Shown in pieces: positions 62,601-64,000 of a DNA stretch of 64,000 nucleotides. The stretch comes from Azolla caroliniana (lineage: Eukaryota; Plantae; Polypodiophyta), in the NCBI GenBank assembly GCA_043228905.1, contig JBHGNT010000010.1:11346001-11410000 (forward strand). Direction: 5' to 3'. Made by a program: the position numbers and the translations under genes. Position 1 is the stretch's first letter; the number at the start of each line of letters is the position of its first letter. Under the pieces are notes generated by a model that did not search any database, was not told the DNA's origin, and saw nothing but the letters and a program-made list of their open reading frames with translations.

Positions 62601-64000
62601 ATTACCTTCCGGCGCGGAAAAGCCAAGGTCCGGGTACCGACACAACCACGGACGAGCAACGGTAAGGAATGCACACCGTTGTATGCGGAATGCGTGAACA
62701 TGCTTGAAGCGTTGGCAGACGACGAAGAAGCCCAGTACTTGGAGGAACACCCGAAGATCGTACCACTTTTCGAGATTGACGTGGCTGAAGCCGTAGCGCC
62801 ATACTTGCCGCAGCGGGACGAAACCGAAGCCGAACCAGACAAAGATTCGATTCGAGAATTACGGCAAGCACAGGAAGCGTTGGAACGGGAAATGGCCGTT
62901 TCCCAACGGGTAAAAACATCCCAGCTCGACGAAGTGAACCTAGGAAGCAAGGACGAATCAAAGCCGGTACACATCGCCAAAGAAATGAAGCCGAAAGATA
63001 AAGCGGCAATGATTAAACTTCTCACGGAGTTTCGCGACGTATTCGCCTGGTCATACGAAGACATGCGAGGGCTGGACCCTCAATTATATCAGCATCAGAT
63101 CCACTTAGGCAAGGACGCGAAACCAGTGGCGCAAAGACGTTACCGAATGAACCCCAACTACGCCGCCAAAGTGAAGGAGGAAATCGACAAACTCCTAAGA
63201 GTGGGCTTCATCCGGCCGATAAAGAAAGCGACGTGGCTGAGCCCCATTGTCGTCGTCCCAAAGAAGAACGGTAAAATCCGCGTGTGTGTAGATTACAGGA
63301 AACTAAATGCAGCCACAATTACGGATGCATTCCCTCTTCCGTTCACGGATGGAGTACTGGATGCCGTCGCCGGCCATGAAGTTTATAGCTTTTTAGACGG
63401 GTTCAGCGGATACAATCAAATCCGGATGCACCCTGACGACCAGGAGAAGACAGCGTTCGTCACCGAATGGGGGGTGTTTGTGGCCGTAGTAATGATGTTC
63501 GAACTAAAAACGGCACCAGCAACTTTCCAGCGAATCATCATGGAGATCTTCGGCGAATACATTCCAGCCTTCATGCAGGTTTTCCTGGATGACTTTGCAG
63601 TCTATAGCCGGGAAAAAGACCATTTGCAGCACCTACGGTTATGCCTTGAAAAGTGTAGGTTATACCGGCTAAGCTTAAACCCAGCAAAATGCATCTTTGG
63701 GGTTTCAAGTGGAATCTTACTGGGACACATTGTAAGTAAGGAGGGCATTGCGGTCGACCCGGACAAAGTAAACGCGATACTAGGGGCACCGGCGCCGAAA
63801 ACGGCCAAAGCACTAAGCCGATTCTTAGGACAGATCCGGTGGCACAGCCGGATGCTCCGTCACTTGGCTGACTTGGCTACACCATTACACACCGCGGTAC
63901 ATCGGACACCGTTCCAATGGACGGATACGGAGGATAAGGCATACAATGCCCTGAAGGTACTTTTGTCGCAAGCACCCGTCGTGCAGCCTCCGGATTGGAG
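59606..64000 (+). mobile_element. Gypsy element G (C-related), 5' part
   Basis: 5' LTR 59606-60024 homologous to C LTRs; PBS-like TGGCGACCAC at 60031; gag-pol follows; left flank TGCAA is the predicted TSD. Confidence 0.94.
60078..64000 (+). CDS. Apparently uninterrupted gag-pol polyprotein of G (runs off the window)
   Basis: MTRPTHD start; gag; CTICLNAGHSAVEC, CVICQSKSHTTDRC and CYYCRQEGHYSNQC knuckles; PR VIDGGSGVN; RT FLDGFSGYNQI/FLDD, all in one frame. The ORF track lists no stop-terminated ORF in this frame. Confidence 0.85.
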   Translation, partial: MTRPTHDLVTDRARRLAERQRWRETFQQAAHEIRSDRSFSNEIRRVAEESLRLQQTRDQDDGSGLSSLRETERLLEALATGENEAEAFSAYESDSEGGYSVHTNYRSSNDTPGGPKDDGSDTVPTPEPEPFDQGYLEPQTEAVNPPTPEVEEAKPPTPTKEPVKEPEKEPEVEQERKPERYRQTPLNRGLILDDDMPFQYSKYRDDPDAEAHVHAFEQTWEANHASQRLTPEEEERSKIAEFGVTLEGPAARWRRTQDPATITTFAELKAKFLHFFHKEVDQTTMVGLFYTIRQEAGESIPQFVIRFQRIHSQLTRAPPEEELRTIFLNALREPLRTVCTVIDFRGSTIDQVIDRVREMEKSSSWLTLGALQRALPTDEDLRFRQAIQCTICLNAGHSAVECTMRTQCVICQSKSHTTDRCEYNLLNRQAPPVRRIEPRSSRDEDEDHWQRMNQYRPAQDVRYGDRQENDGRYGDRHDNYDRYERSDRYRESNRRHEQYDRDHSPGYRRHQEDYGRFYDPPRQDYRNKNKNNKKRNFKKGGHTRDPEHGTPRSQPAQNAPLTTGPTPATSNAESSNTRKEYCYYCRQEGHYSNQCPAKSYDKRPAVNMVVSEVADVQQVTTRSKGMAKEWETQEAIRKQATEWVKEANERNVADAERQKANTIGSAGGSHAENETWQVLQECQITLPLGRLLQLVPRFTEGLKTVMTDGIAPPAPVLFSNPEEGPTVVDTSSPVITTIVKGHELPGTVIDGGSGVNVISLRTCDALGIHEWEPCPFWLRMADTSSVRPTGLIRKLEVTIGGHTFHISAVVLQLQAQGAYPLLLGRPWLKIAHIKQNWRKNMITFRRGKAKVRVPTQPRTSNGKECTPLYAECVNMLEALADDEEAQYLEEHPKIVPLFEIDVAEAVAPYLPQRDETEAEPDKDSIRELRQAQEALEREMAVSQRVKTSQLDEVNLGSKDESKPVHIAKEMKPKDKAAMIKLLTEFRDVFAWSYEDMRGLDPQLYQHQIHLGKDAKPVAQRRYRMNPNYAAKVKEEIDKLLRVGFIRPIKKATWLSPIVVVPKKNGKIRVCVDYRKLNAATITDAFPLPFTDGVLDAVAGHEVYSFLDGFSGYNQIRMHPDDQEKTAFVTEWGVFVAVVMMFELKTAPATFQRIIMEIFGEYIPAFMQVFLDDFAVYSREKDHLQHLRLCLEKCRLYRLSLNPAKCIFGVSSGILLGHIVSKEGIAVDPDKVNAILGAPAPKTAKALSRFLGQIRWHSRMLRHLADLATPLHTAVHRTPFQWTDTEDKAYNALKVLLSQAPVVQPPDW

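Overview
Eukaryotic, almost certainly land-plant, heterochromatin-like DNA; a non-seed plant such as a fern is my inference from TE types and (GA)n-rich LTRs. Most of the window is a stack of nested transposons resolved by matching LTRs, PBS/PPT and target-site duplications (TSDs). (1) A Copia element (A1) inserted in a PB1-domain gene fragment next to a MULE-like TIR, which itself abuts the 3' LTR of an older Copia (D). (2) An APE-RT LINE split by a 25.2-kb Gypsy (C, TSD TCATG). C hosts a tRNA-Trp-primed Gypsy (E), a non-autonomous relative of E (F) and a Tnt1/Tork-like Copia (B1). (3) Copia A2 (TSD CTTAC) carrying Copia B2 (TSD TGACG). (4) A PABN retro-pseudogene. (5) A CACTA-like terminus at 53125, followed by 48-bp tandem repeats and a spliced, prokaryote-type beta-class N6-adenine/N4-cytosine DNA methyltransferase gene (56243-57522, minus strand). 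Its upstream intron is interrupted by Gypsy H, which is in turn interrupted by an apparently intact Gypsy G. The intron-containing amino-methyltransferase, probably carried by a DNA transposon, is the standout observation. All coordinates and alignments were read by eye; no database searches were run.
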